NCBI GenBank assembly: GCA_037440005.1 | Contig: JBBIUY010000029.1 | Location: forward strand, 1-38,570 | DNA: 38,570 nucleotides | Source of the DNA: Armatimonadota bacterium | GTDB taxonomy: Bacteria; Sysuimicrobiota; Sysuimicrobiia; Sysuimicrobiales; Kaftiobacteriaceae | Direction of reading: 5' to 3' | Part shown: positions 26,860-37,381 of the stretch, in pieces | Position numbering within the stretch: the first letter of the stretch is position 1 | How the letters are laid out: each line of letters begins with the position of its first letter | Translations under genes and position numbers: made by a program | Notes under the pieces: generated by a model | The model's input: the letters and a program-made list of their open reading frames with translations, nothing else | What the model was told of the DNA's origin: nothing | The model's database searches: none

Positions 26860-26900
26860 TGTCGATTGTAGTTGACACTGTCGTCTCTTCTTGATAGCAT
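26860..26900 (+). promoter_or_regulatory. Sigma70-type promoter (TTGACA-17-TAGCAT with TGn) overlapped by two imperfect palindromic operator candidates
   Basis: -35 26872-26877, -10 26895-26900; TGTCGA-N6-TTGACA 26860-26877 and TGTCGT-N6-TTGATA 26879-26896. Confidence 0.7.
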
Positions 26901-26910
26901 CAACGGTACT

Positions 26911-28020
26911 ATGGGTCATCATATCGCCGTGGCCTTGGACAACCGCCTCCGCCGGGTTCGGGAGGACCGCGGTCTGTCACAGGCGGAGCTGGCCCGGCGG
27001 GCGGGCATCTCCCGTCAGGCGCTGCACGCCGTCGAGACCGGCCGCTACGTGCCCAACACCGCAGTGGCTCTGCGCCTGGCCCGGGCCCTGGAGTGCGCCG
27101 TCGAGGACCTGTTCGTCCCCCGGGGCGAGACGGCGGTGGACGCAGAGTGGGCCGGGGAGGGTGCGCCCGTCCGGCGCGTGCGGATCGGGCGGGTGCGCGA
27201 CCGGCTGGTGGCCTGGCCGCTGGCGGGCCTGGACGCGGCCACGCCGGCCGACGGTGTCCTGCTCCACGACGTCTACGACGGCCGGGTGCGCATCGAACCT
27301 CTGGCCGACGTCGGGCGCATGGAGCGAACCCTGCTGGTGGCCGGGTGCGATCCGGCACTGCGGGTCGCCGCGGGTCTGGCCGAACGCACCGCCGGGCTGT
27401 CGGTGCACTGGATCCCGGCGAGCAGCGCCCGGGCGCTGGCGGCCCTCGCCCGCGGGCGCGTGCACGTGGCCGGCACGCACCTCCGTCCGCCGGACGACCC
27501 CACCGGAGTGCGGGCGATCCGGCGCGCATTGGGCCGGACGCGCGCGCGGGTGGTGAGCCTCGCCCGGTGGGTGGAAGGTCTGGTGCTGGCCCCAGGCAAT
27601 CCGCGCCGGATCCGGTCTCCCGAGGATCTCCTCCGGCGGGGCGTGCGCATCGTCAACCGCGACGCCGGCGCCGGCAGCCGGGCGGTGCTCGACCGCTGGC
27701 TGCAGCGCGCCGGGGTGGACCCCCGCCGGATCGCCGGGTACGACCGGGAACTGCCCACGCACTTCGCGGTGGCCGAGGCCGTGGCCGGCGGGCTGGCGGA
27801 CGCGGGCCCGGGCGTGCTGCCGGTGGCGCGCGCGTGGGGACTGGAGTTCCTGCCCATCGTCGAGCAGCGCTACGACCTGGTGGTGCCCGAGGACCTGCTG
27901 GCCCTGCGGTCCGTGCGCGACTTTCTGGACGTGCTGACCTCGCGGGCGTTCCGCAGGGAGCTGGAGGCCATCGGAGGGTACGACCCGGCCGATGCGGGGA
28001 CCGTCACGACGCTGGCGTAG
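26911..28020 (+). CDS. XRE-type HTH plus molybdate-binding PBP-like domain transcriptional regulator; start 26911 or 26929
   Basis: GLSQAELARRAGISRQAL..ETGRYVP; C-terminal AGCDP, HVAGTHL, VNRDAGAGSR, QRYDLV; directly upstream of modA. Confidence 0.85.
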   Translation: MGHHIAVALDNRLRRVREDRGLSQAELARRAGISRQALHAVETGRYVPNTAVALRLARALECAVEDLFVPRGETAVDAEWAGEGAPVRRVRIGRVRDRLVAWPLAGLDAATPADGVLLHDVYDGRVRIEPLADVGRMERTLLVAGCDPALRVAAGLAERTAGLSVHWIPASSARALAALARGRVHVAGTHLRPPDDPTGVRAIRRALGRTRARVVSLARWVEGLVLAPGNPRRIRSPEDLLRRGVRIVNRDAGAGSRAVLDRWLQRAGVDPRRIAGYDRELPTHFAVAEAVAGGLADAGPGVLPVARAWGLEFLPIVEQRYDLVVPEDLLALRSVRDFLDVLTSRAFRRELEAIGGYDPADAGTVTTLA

Positions 28021-28822
28021 GGGACAGGCCGCCGTGGGAGGCGCGCTGGCCGCCGGACTGGTCGTGGCGGGCGCGCTGGCCGCCGCGGTCGCCGCTCCCG
28101 TGCGCGGGGACGTGCTGGTGTTCGCGGCGGCGTCGCTCAGCGACGCGTTTGGCGAGGCCGGCCGCGTTCTGGAACGCCAGCACCCGGGCCTGCGGGTCGC
28201 GTTGCACTTCGCGGCGAGCTCCACCCTGCGCACCCAGATCCTGCAGGGAGCCCGGGCCGACGTGTTCGCGTCGGCCGACGAGCGGAACATGCGGCTGGTG
28301 CACGAGGCGGGGCTGCTGCGGACGGCTCCGCTCACCTTTGCCCGCAACGAACTCGTGGTGGCCGTCCCGGCCTCCCACCCGACCGGCATCTCGTCGGTGC
28401 GGGACCTGGCCCGGCCGGGCCTCAAGCTGGTGGTGGCGGCGCCGGAGGCGCCCATCGGCGCCTACACCCGGCAGGTCCTCGCCGCTCTCAGCCGCGACCC
28501 GGCCTACGGCCCGGACTTCGCCCGGCGCGTGCTGGCCAACGTGGTCTCCCAGGAACCCAACGTCCGGGCAACGCTTGCCCGGGTGGCGCTGGGCGAGGCC
28601 GACGCCGCGTTCGTCTACCGGTCCGACCTCGTCAGCGCGTACGGATCGCGGGTGCGCACGATCGAGATTCCCCGGTGGGCGAACGTGACCGCGCGCTACT
28701 CCATCGCGGTGCTGCGCACCGCGTCCCACCCGGTCGCCGCGCGCCGGTTCATCGACGTCGTGCTGTCGGAGGCGGGCCAGGCGATCCTGGCCCGGTTCGG
28801 GTTCCTGCCCGCCCGGGACTGA
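27992..28822 (+). CDS. modA: Molybdate ABC transporter substrate-binding protein; start 27992 or 28034
   Basis: VFAAASL, FAASSTL, ADVFASA, FARNEL, PIGAY, GEADAAFVYRSD. Confidence 0.92.
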   Translation: MRGPSRRWRRGQAAVGGALAAGLVVAGALAAAVAAPVRGDVLVFAAASLSDAFGEAGRVLERQHPGLRVALHFAASSTLRTQILQGARADVFASADERNMRLVHEAGLLRTAPLTFARNELVVAVPASHPTGISSVRDLARPGLKLVVAAPEAPIGAYTRQVLAALSRDPAYGPDFARRVLANVVSQEPNVRATLARVALGEADAAFVYRSDLVSAYGSRVRTIEIPRWANVTARYSIAVLRTASHPVAARRFIDVVLSEAGQAILARFGFLPARD

Positions 28823-28825
28823 CCC

Positions 28826-29653
28826 ATGCCCGCAGCGCCCATCCCTCGCCCTGTCCCCGCCCGGTCGCTATCGGATTTGTGGGTGGCGCTTCCGGCCGGG
28901 GTCGCGGTAGGCTACGCGGTCCTGCCGGTGGCGGGCCTGCTCCTGTTCGCGCTGTCCTCGGCCCGGGTGCAGCCCGCCCTCCGGCTGCCGGCGGCTCATG
29001 ACGCGGTCCTCCTCACGGCCGTGACCAGCACCCTGGTGGCGGGGATCGCGGCCCTGGTGGGGACCCCGCTCGCCTACCTGCTGGGGCGCAGCGAGTTCCG
29101 GGGCCGGAGGCTGGTGGAGGTGGTCGTGGAATTCCCCCTGGTCCTGCCGCCGGTGGTGGCCGGCGTGGCGCTGCTGATGACGTTTGGGCGCCGGGGGCTG
29201 CTGGGTCCGGCCCTCGCCGCGGCCGGCATCGAGGTCCCGTTCACGACGGCCGCCGTGGTCCTGGCGCAGCTGTTCGTGGCGGGCCCGTTTTACATCGCGA
29301 GCGCCCGGGTGGGGTTCGCCGCCGTGCCCCGCGAGCTCACCGAGGCCGCCTCCATCGACGGGGCGTCGAGCTGGCAGCAGTTCCGGCACGTGGCGCTCCC
29401 GCTGGCGACCCCGGCCCTGGCGGGCGGTGCGGTCCTGTGCTGGGCGCGGGCGGCCTCGGAGTTCGGGGCGACCCTGCTGTTTGCGGGCAACCTGCCCGGC
29501 CGCACCCAGACTCTGTCGCTGGCCATCATGACGGCCCTGGAGGCGGACCTCGATGCCGCCGTGGCCCTAAGCGTCCTGCTGCTGGCGCTGTCGGCCGGCG
29601 CGCTGGCCGGGCTGCGGCTGCTGGCCGCTTCCCGGACGACGCTGCTGTGGTAA
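28826..29653 (+). CDS. modB: Molybdate ABC transporter permease
   Basis: PLVLPPVVAGVALL, EAASIDGAS, WARAASEFGAT, GNLPGRTQT. Confidence 0.9.
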   Translation: MPAAPIPRPVPARSLSDLWVALPAGVAVGYAVLPVAGLLLFALSSARVQPALRLPAAHDAVLLTAVTSTLVAGIAALVGTPLAYLLGRSEFRGRRLVEVVVEFPLVLPPVVAGVALLMTFGRRGLLGPALAAAGIEVPFTTAAVVLAQLFVAGPFYIASARVGFAAVPRELTEAASIDGASSWQQFRHVALPLATPALAGGAVLCWARAASEFGATLLFAGNLPGRTQTLSLAIMTALEADLDAAVALSVLLLALSAGALAGLRLLAASRTTLLW

Positions 29654-29798
29654 GGCGCAGGTCGCCCGGTCGCCCCACCGGGCCCGGCCGGCGTCCGTCG
29701 GCGGAGAGTCGCAGGCCTCCTCCCAGACCGCCCGGGTCCAGGAGACGGCACCTGCGCCGTCCAACCTCCACCTCAAACGTCAGGGGGAGGAGGCTGCG

Positions 29799-30491
29799 AT
29801 GCTGTCCGCCGACCAGGTGGCCGCCCTGCGGGCGCTGTCCAGCCCCACGGTGGCCAACGCCATCGAGACCTTCCGCGTCCGTCCCCGGGAGGCGGGCTAC
29901 CTGGCCCCGGGGATCCGGGCGCTGTTTGCCGAGCTGGGGCCGGTGGTGGGATATGCGGTCACGGCTCTCATCCGGGCGGAGCGCCCTCCGGCGCCGGACC
30001 GGCGAGCCAGCACCTTCGCCTGGTGGGACTACGTGGCGAGCATGCCGGCGCCGCGGGTGGTGGTGATGCACGACCTGGACCGACCGCAGGGACAGGGAGC
30101 GTTCTGGGGAGAGGTCCAGGCCACCATCCACCGGGCTCTGGGGTGTGCGGGTGTGGTGACCGACGGGTCGGTGCGCGACCTGGACGAAGTGCGCGCGCTG
30201 GGGTTCCAGATGTGCGCCGCCCACGTCTGCGTGTCCCACGCCAACGTGCACCTGGTAGACTTCGGCGTGCCGGTGAAGGTGGGCGGAGTGTGGATCCGCC
30301 CCGGCGATCTGCTGCACGGCGATCAGCATGGCGTGGTGGTCGTCCCCGCCGACCTGGCCCCGCGGATCCCCGAGGCGGCCGCGCGCCTGGCCGCCGAGGA
30401 GCGGCGCATCCTCGACGCCTGCCGGGCCGACGGGTTCACCCTGGACCGCCTGAAGGCGGTGTACAGGACCGTCCGCCCCGACGCGTACTGA
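29799..30491 (+). CDS. RraA-family protein (HMG aldolase-like)
   Basis: SPTVANAIE, GYAVT, FWGEV, VTDGSVRD, PGDLLHGDQHGVV. Confidence 0.85.
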   Translation: MLSADQVAALRALSSPTVANAIETFRVRPREAGYLAPGIRALFAELGPVVGYAVTALIRAERPPAPDRRASTFAWWDYVASMPAPRVVVMHDLDRPQGQGAFWGEVQATIHRALGCAGVVTDGSVRDLDEVRALGFQMCAAHVCVSHANVHLVDFGVPVKVGGVWIRPGDLLHGDQHGVVVVPADLAPRIPEAAARLAAEERRILDACRADGFTLDRLKAVYRTVRPDAY

Positions 30492-30644
30492 CAGGCCGGC
30501 CCGGTCGCCTTCATCCCCGGCGCCCGGGCACGGGGGGCGGGCGAGCCTCAGGCGCCTCACACGGACGCCTGGGGCAGCGGACTGTGTTCCCCGCCTGTTC
30601 GCCGAACGGGGATTCGAATCTTTTGAAAGGTTACGAAAAAATTG

Positions 30645-30679
30645 TTGAAAAACTTCGCAACGAGTGCTACTGTTGCAAC
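30645..30679 (+). promoter_or_regulatory. cox operon promoter (TTGAAA-17-TACTGT with TGn) with three GCWAC direct repeats at a 9-bp period
   Basis: -35 30645-30650, -10 30668-30673; GCAAC 30657, GCTAC 30666, GCAAC 30675; AT-rich upstream tract. Confidence 0.65.
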
Positions 30680-30691
30680 AATCGCGGTTCC

Positions 30692-31834
30692 ATGGCCGAG
30701 GGCGACGACTACCTCACCGTGGAGGAAATCGCCAGGCTGCTGCGGGTGCACCGCACAACGGTCTGGCGGTGGATCGCCTCCGGGAGGCTGCACGGGTACC
30801 GCATCGGCGTGCGCACGCTCCGCGTCCGGCGCGACGATCTGCGCCGTTTCCTCCACTCCGCCGCCGTCTCCCCCCATCCCTCGCGCGCCGTCCGCCGCCC
30901 TGCGCCCGTCCTGCCTGCTGCATCGTCCCGATCGGTCGTGGCCGCCACAGGGGGGAGGGGAGCCGGCGTGTATCCGCCTGTCTTTGAGTACGCGGTGCCC
31001 ACGGCGGTGGGGGAGGCGTTGGACCTGCTGACCGACAAGGGCGAAGAGGCCCGGATCCTGGCCGGAGGCCAGAGCCTTATTCCGTTGATGAAGTTCCGCC
31101 TCGCCAGTCCGGCCTGGCTCATCGACATCAACCGGATCGGCGATCTGGACTACGTGCGGGAAGACGCCCAGGGGTTGCGGGTGGGAGCCCTGGCCCGCCA
31201 CCGGACCCTGGAGCGCTCCGCCCTGGTGGCTCAACGCTACCCGGCGCTCGCCGCCGCCGCCCCCCAGATCGCCGACCCGCTGGTCCGCAACCTGGGGACG
31301 CTGGTGGGCAGTCTCTGCCACGCCGACCCTCAGGGGGACTGGGGCGCGGTGGCGGTGGCGATGGACGCCCGGGTGGTGGCGCGCAGCCGTCGGGGAGAGC
31401 GCGTCATCCCGGCTGTGGACTTCTTCCGCGGACCGCTGGCCACCGCCCTGCAGGCCGACGAGATGGTCACCGAAGTGCGGTTCCCCCGCCCCCGGGGGCG
31501 CGTCTTCGGGACCTACCTGAAGCTGGAGCGGAAGGTGGGCGACTTCGCCACCGTCGGCGTGGCGGTGACCCTCGAGCTGGAGGACGGCCGTGTGACGCGC
31601 GCCGGAATCGGCCTCACCGCCGTGGGCCCCACCTACCTCCGGGCGCGCCAGGCCGAGACGCTGCTTGTGGGCCGCCGTCTGGACGACGCCGTGGCGGCGG
31701 AGGCGGGTCGTCAGGCGGCGGCGGAGGCCGACCCGGTCAGCGACCACCGCGGCAGCGCCGACTACAAGCGCCAGGTGGTCCGGGTGTTTGTCACCCGCGC
31801 GCTGCGGCAGGCCCTGGCGGCCCGGGCCGCGTGA
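30692..31834 (+). CDS. coxM: CO dehydrogenase FAD subunit with an in-frame N-terminal excisionase/BldC-like HTH; internal start GTG 30968 gives a normal-size CoxM
   Basis: aa 1-54 YLTVEEIARLLRVHRTTVWRWIASGRL, 38-aa linker, then VYPPVFEY, LAGGQSLIP, VRNLGTLVGSL, HADP, SDHRGSADYKR; no stop between the domains. Confidence 0.85.
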   Translation: MAEGDDYLTVEEIARLLRVHRTTVWRWIASGRLHGYRIGVRTLRVRRDDLRRFLHSAAVSPHPSRAVRRPAPVLPAASSRSVVAATGGRGAGVYPPVFEYAVPTAVGEALDLLTDKGEEARILAGGQSLIPLMKFRLASPAWLIDINRIGDLDYVREDAQGLRVGALARHRTLERSALVAQRYPALAAAAPQIADPLVRNLGTLVGSLCHADPQGDWGAVAVAMDARVVARSRRGERVIPAVDFFRGPLATALQADEMVTEVRFPRPRGRVFGTYLKLERKVGDFATVGVAVTLELEDGRVTRAGIGLTAVGPTYLRARQAETLLVGRRLDDAVAAEAGRQAAAEADPVSDHRGSADYKRQVVRVFVTRALRQALAARAA

Positions 31835-31846
31835 GGAGGTGCGTCC

Positions 31847-32338
31847 ATGGACCGCACCATTACGGTCACGGTGAACGGACAGCCGCGCACCGCCACGGTG
31901 GAGCCGCGGCTGCTGCTGGTGCACTTCCTGCGGGAGGTCCTGGACCTGACTGGCACCCACGTCGGCTGCGACACCACCAGCTGCGGGGCGTGCACGGTGC
32001 TGCTGGACGGGCTGCCGGTCAAGTCCTGTACCCTCTTCGCCGTCCAGGCCGACGGGCGCGCGGTGACGACGGTGGAGGGGCTCGCCCGGGACAGGGAGCT
32101 GCACCCGATCCAGCAGGGCTTCAAGGAGGAGCACGGACTGCAGTGCGGCTTCTGCACGCCCGGGATGATGCTCGCGGCCAAGGCGCTGCTGGACGAGATC
32201 CCCGACCCCACCGAGGAGCAGATCCGCTGGGCGCTGTCCGGCAACATCTGCCGGTGCACCGGCTACCAGAACATCGTCAAGGCGGTCCGGTGGGCCGCCC
32301 GCCGCCTGGGAAGCCAGCCGGCGGTCGGGGGGAGGTGA
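31847..32338 (+). CDS. coxS: CO dehydrogenase small [2Fe-2S] subunit
   Basis: [37 protein letters not shown]. Confidence 0.93.
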   Translation: MDRTITVTVNGQPRTATVEPRLLLVHFLREVLDLTGTHVGCDTTSCGACTVLLDGLPVKSCTLFAVQADGRAVTTVEGLARDRELHPIQQGFKEEHGLQCGFCTPGMMLAAKALLDEIPDPTEEQIRWALSGNICRCTGYQNIVKAVRWAARRLGSQPAVGGR

Positions 32339-32343
32339 CGACC

Positions 32344-34695
<2,352 letters not shown>

Positions 34696-34699
34696 GCCC

Positions 34700-35647
34700 A
34701 TGCGGTGGGACGTGGAACGCCGCGCCGGCGAACTGCGTCGCGTGGGTCGCCCGTTTGTCCTCGCGACCGTGATCCGGGTGGAACGGCCCGCCTCGACGCA
34801 CCCGGGCGACCGGGCGGTGGTCACGCCCGATGGAGTGCTGGAGGGCTGGATCGGGGGCGCCTGCTCGGAACCGGTGGTGGTCCGGGAGGCGCTGCGGGCG
34901 CTCGCCGAGGGCACCTGCCGGGTGGTGCGCGTGGGGCCTGCGGACGTCGAAGCCATTCCGGGGGTCATCCCGGCGGTGACCACCTGTCCGTCCGGAGGAA
35001 CCGTGGACGTGTTCTTGGAACCGGTGCGGCCCGATCCCCACCTGGCGGTGTTCGGAGAGAGCCTGGTGGCCCGCACTCTGGTGCGGCTGGCCCAGGCCCT
35101 GGGGTACCGGGTCAGCGTGGTGGTCTCTGAGGGCGGACGGTCTCCGCCGGCCGACGCGGTCTACGTGGGACGCCTGCCGTCGGACGCGGTGGGTCCGGAG
35201 GACGGCGTGGTGGTGGCCACCATGGGGCACTGGGACGAGGACGCCGCCGAGAACGCCCTGCGCACGCCGACCCGCTACGTGGCGCTGGTGGCCAGCCGCC
35301 GCCGCGCGGCCGCCGTCCTGGACGTCCTGCGTCGTCGCGGGGTCCCCGAGACGTCCCTGGCTCGTCTGCGCGCCCCGGCCGGGCTGGACCTGGGACCGTC
35401 CACCCAGGAGGAGATCGCGCTGGCCGTGCTGGCTGAGTTTGTGTCCCTGCGGACCCGGCCCCAGGGGCTCCCGGAGGGGGATCATCTGGACGAAGCCGTA
35501 GACTCCGTGTGCGGCATGACCGTGGCCACCCGGGGGGCCCGCCACACCGCCGAGTACCACGGGCGCCTTTACTACTTCTGTTCGCCGTCCTGCCGGCAGC
35601 GTTTCCTCGCCGACCCGCAGGCGTACGCGGCCCCCGTCTCGTCCTGA
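34700..35647 (+). CDS. xdhC: XdhC/CoxF-type Moco chaperone with C-terminal YHS domain
   Basis: GWIGGACSE, CPSGGTVDVFLEP, ATMG, PAGLDLG..EEIALA, then DSVCGM...YYFCSPSCRQRF. Confidence 0.85.
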   Translation: MRWDVERRAGELRRVGRPFVLATVIRVERPASTHPGDRAVVTPDGVLEGWIGGACSEPVVVREALRALAEGTCRVVRVGPADVEAIPGVIPAVTTCPSGGTVDVFLEPVRPDPHLAVFGESLVARTLVRLAQALGYRVSVVVSEGGRSPPADAVYVGRLPSDAVGPEDGVVVATMGHWDEDAAENALRTPTRYVALVASRRRAAAVLDVLRRRGVPETSLARLRAPAGLDLGPSTQEEIALAVLAEFVSLRTRPQGLPEGDHLDEAVDSVCGMTVATRGARHTAEYHGRLYYFCSPSCRQRFLADPQAYAAPVSS

Positions 35648-35775
35648 CCCCCTCTCCTTGGGGCGATTCGGGTCTCCTCTCGCCCGGGAGGCGACTGATC
35701 TCCCCGCCGCTGCGCATTGAGGTACTTCGTCCCCCTGCGGGCCGTCCGAGTTGCTCCTTCCCCCGCCGTGAGTTT

Positions 35776-35968
35776 CCCTCTCCCCCATGGGGGGAGAGGG
35801 CGAGGGTGAGGGGGAAGGAGAGCATAGCGTCAGACTCTACTCCGCTTCTGCGTGAGATCCAAGGTCGAGTTTCTTCTTTCCCAGCGGGGGTGCTAAACTT
35901 CCCCTTCCCAGCGGGACTTCTAAACTCCCCTCTCCCCCGCAGGGGGGAGAGGGTGAAGGTGAGGGGGG
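35776..35968. repeat. Palindrome family B (CCCTCTCCCCC-loop-GGGGGAGAGGG + GGTGAGGGG tail), 2 copies, plus a 27/26-bp tandem duplication
   Basis: Copies at 35776-35814 and 35928-35968; TTCCCAGCGGG..CTAAACT units at 35878-35904 and 35905-35930. Confidence 0.85.
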
Positions 35969-35979
35969 CCGGTCGCCTT

Positions 35980-36963
35980 GTGGACATCCTGGTCATCGGA
36001 GGGACCCAGTTCTTCGGCTGGGACCTGGTGGAGATGTTGCTGGGCCGCGGTCACCGCGTCACCGTCTTCAGCCGCGGCCACCGCCGCCCTCCGTTCTGGG
36101 ACCGCATCCAGCACATCGCCGGCGACCGTCGGGACCATCGCGCCGTCGTCGCTGCCCTGCGCGGCAGGCGGTTCGATGCAGTCGTGGACAACATCGCCTT
36201 CGCGCGTCCCGACGTGGAAGCCGTCCTCCAGGCCTTGGGCGGCGACGCGGGCCACTACCTGCTCACCAGCAGCGGCGCCGTGTACCCCGACCTGCCCGCG
36301 CCCGACATCTTTCGGCCGATTCCCGAAGAGGCCGCCGACCTCTCCCGGCGGGGCGACGGAGCGTACGCCGAGGGCAAGCGGGAGTGCGAGCAGGTCCTGC
36401 GCGAGCAGCGGGCGGTCCCGTTCACCATCCTGCGCCCTCCCATCGTGCAGGGACCGCGGGACCCCAGCCTGCGCGGGTGGTTCTGGTACCAGCGCGTCCG
36501 GGACGGCGGCCCGGTACTGGTGCCCCTCCGGTCCCCGGCGGCCATCTGGCGTCAGGCGTTCAGCCGCGACGTGGCGGCGGCTCTGGTCCTGGCCGCCGGC
36601 AACCCGGCGGCGTTCGGGAAGACCTACAATGTGGCTGGCGACGAGATCGTGGCCCTGGAGGAGTTCGTCCGGCTGGCAGCCGAGATCTGCGGGGTGCCCG
36701 ACCCGGTGGTGCCGGTGCCCGCGGAGGACCTCCGACGGGAGGCCCCGTGGTACCGGCCGCCTTTTCTCCACCGGTTCGTCCTGGACACCGCGCGGATCAG
36801 GGCGGAGCTGGGCTTCCGCCCCACGCCCCTGGTCCGGTGGCTGGAGGAGACCGTGCGCTGGCACCTGGACGCCGACCTGCCCCCCGCGCCCGGATACGAC
36901 CGCCGCGACGACGAACGCGCCCTGGCCCTGCGCTGGCAACGCCGGCTCCGCGGCGACGGGTGA
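35980..36963 (+). CDS. NAD-dependent epimerase/dehydratase family protein
   Basis: ILVIGGTQFFG, SSGAVY, YAEGK, LRPP, YNVAG. Confidence 0.88.
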   Translation: MDILVIGGTQFFGWDLVEMLLGRGHRVTVFSRGHRRPPFWDRIQHIAGDRRDHRAVVAALRGRRFDAVVDNIAFARPDVEAVLQALGGDAGHYLLTSSGAVYPDLPAPDIFRPIPEEAADLSRRGDGAYAEGKRECEQVLREQRAVPFTILRPPIVQGPRDPSLRGWFWYQRVRDGGPVLVPLRSPAAIWRQAFSRDVAAALVLAAGNPAAFGKTYNVAGDEIVALEEFVRLAAEICGVPDPVVPVPAEDLRREAPWYRPPFLHRFVLDTARIRAELGFRPTPLVRWLEETVRWHLDADLPPAPGYDRRDDERALALRWQRRLRGDG

Positions 36964-37137
36964 GCGCCTGCCCGGTCTCCGGTGGGACGGGCCCCCTTTA
37001 ACCTGGCCCTGACCTTGAGCTGTCCCCTGGGCTTTGGACACTTTCCTCGCAAGCGCGCTGACCGGTCCGGCACAACGCCAGCGTGGCTCCACCGGTCGGG
37101 TGTTCCGTCGCTCAGTCCGCAAGCGCAGGCTCCCTTT

Positions 37138-37178
37138 CCCTCGCCCCCGCGACGGAGGAGAGGGCGAGGGTGAGGGGG
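37138..37178. repeat. Palindrome family B, third (degenerate) copy
   Basis: CCCTCGCCCCCG-CGA-CGGAGGAGAGGG-CGAGGGTGAGGGGG. Confidence 0.75.
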
Positions 37179-37381
37179 CCTGCTTGAAGTAGCGGCTTGG
37201 CTCGGCCGCCGGAGGCTGGCTTGCGTTTGATCCTGTCCGGGATGGGAGGATGAGGGCGGGAGCTCTGGCCGGTCGGGAATCCTGCTGACTTCGGGCATAC
37301 GGTATGCCTATGCCGGGAATGATTCGGAGGTGGTCCGGGAAGAGGTCGAAAAGGAAGGAGTCGTGGCCGGATGCCCAGGTG

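Noticed and set aside
26727..26861. Moco, M-box (ykoK), yybP-ykoY or c-di-GMP riboswitch
   Set aside because: Short look-alike words (CTCCGAG, GACGCCAA, AAAGGGG) are present but the required paired architecture is not; kept only as an unassigned structured leader.
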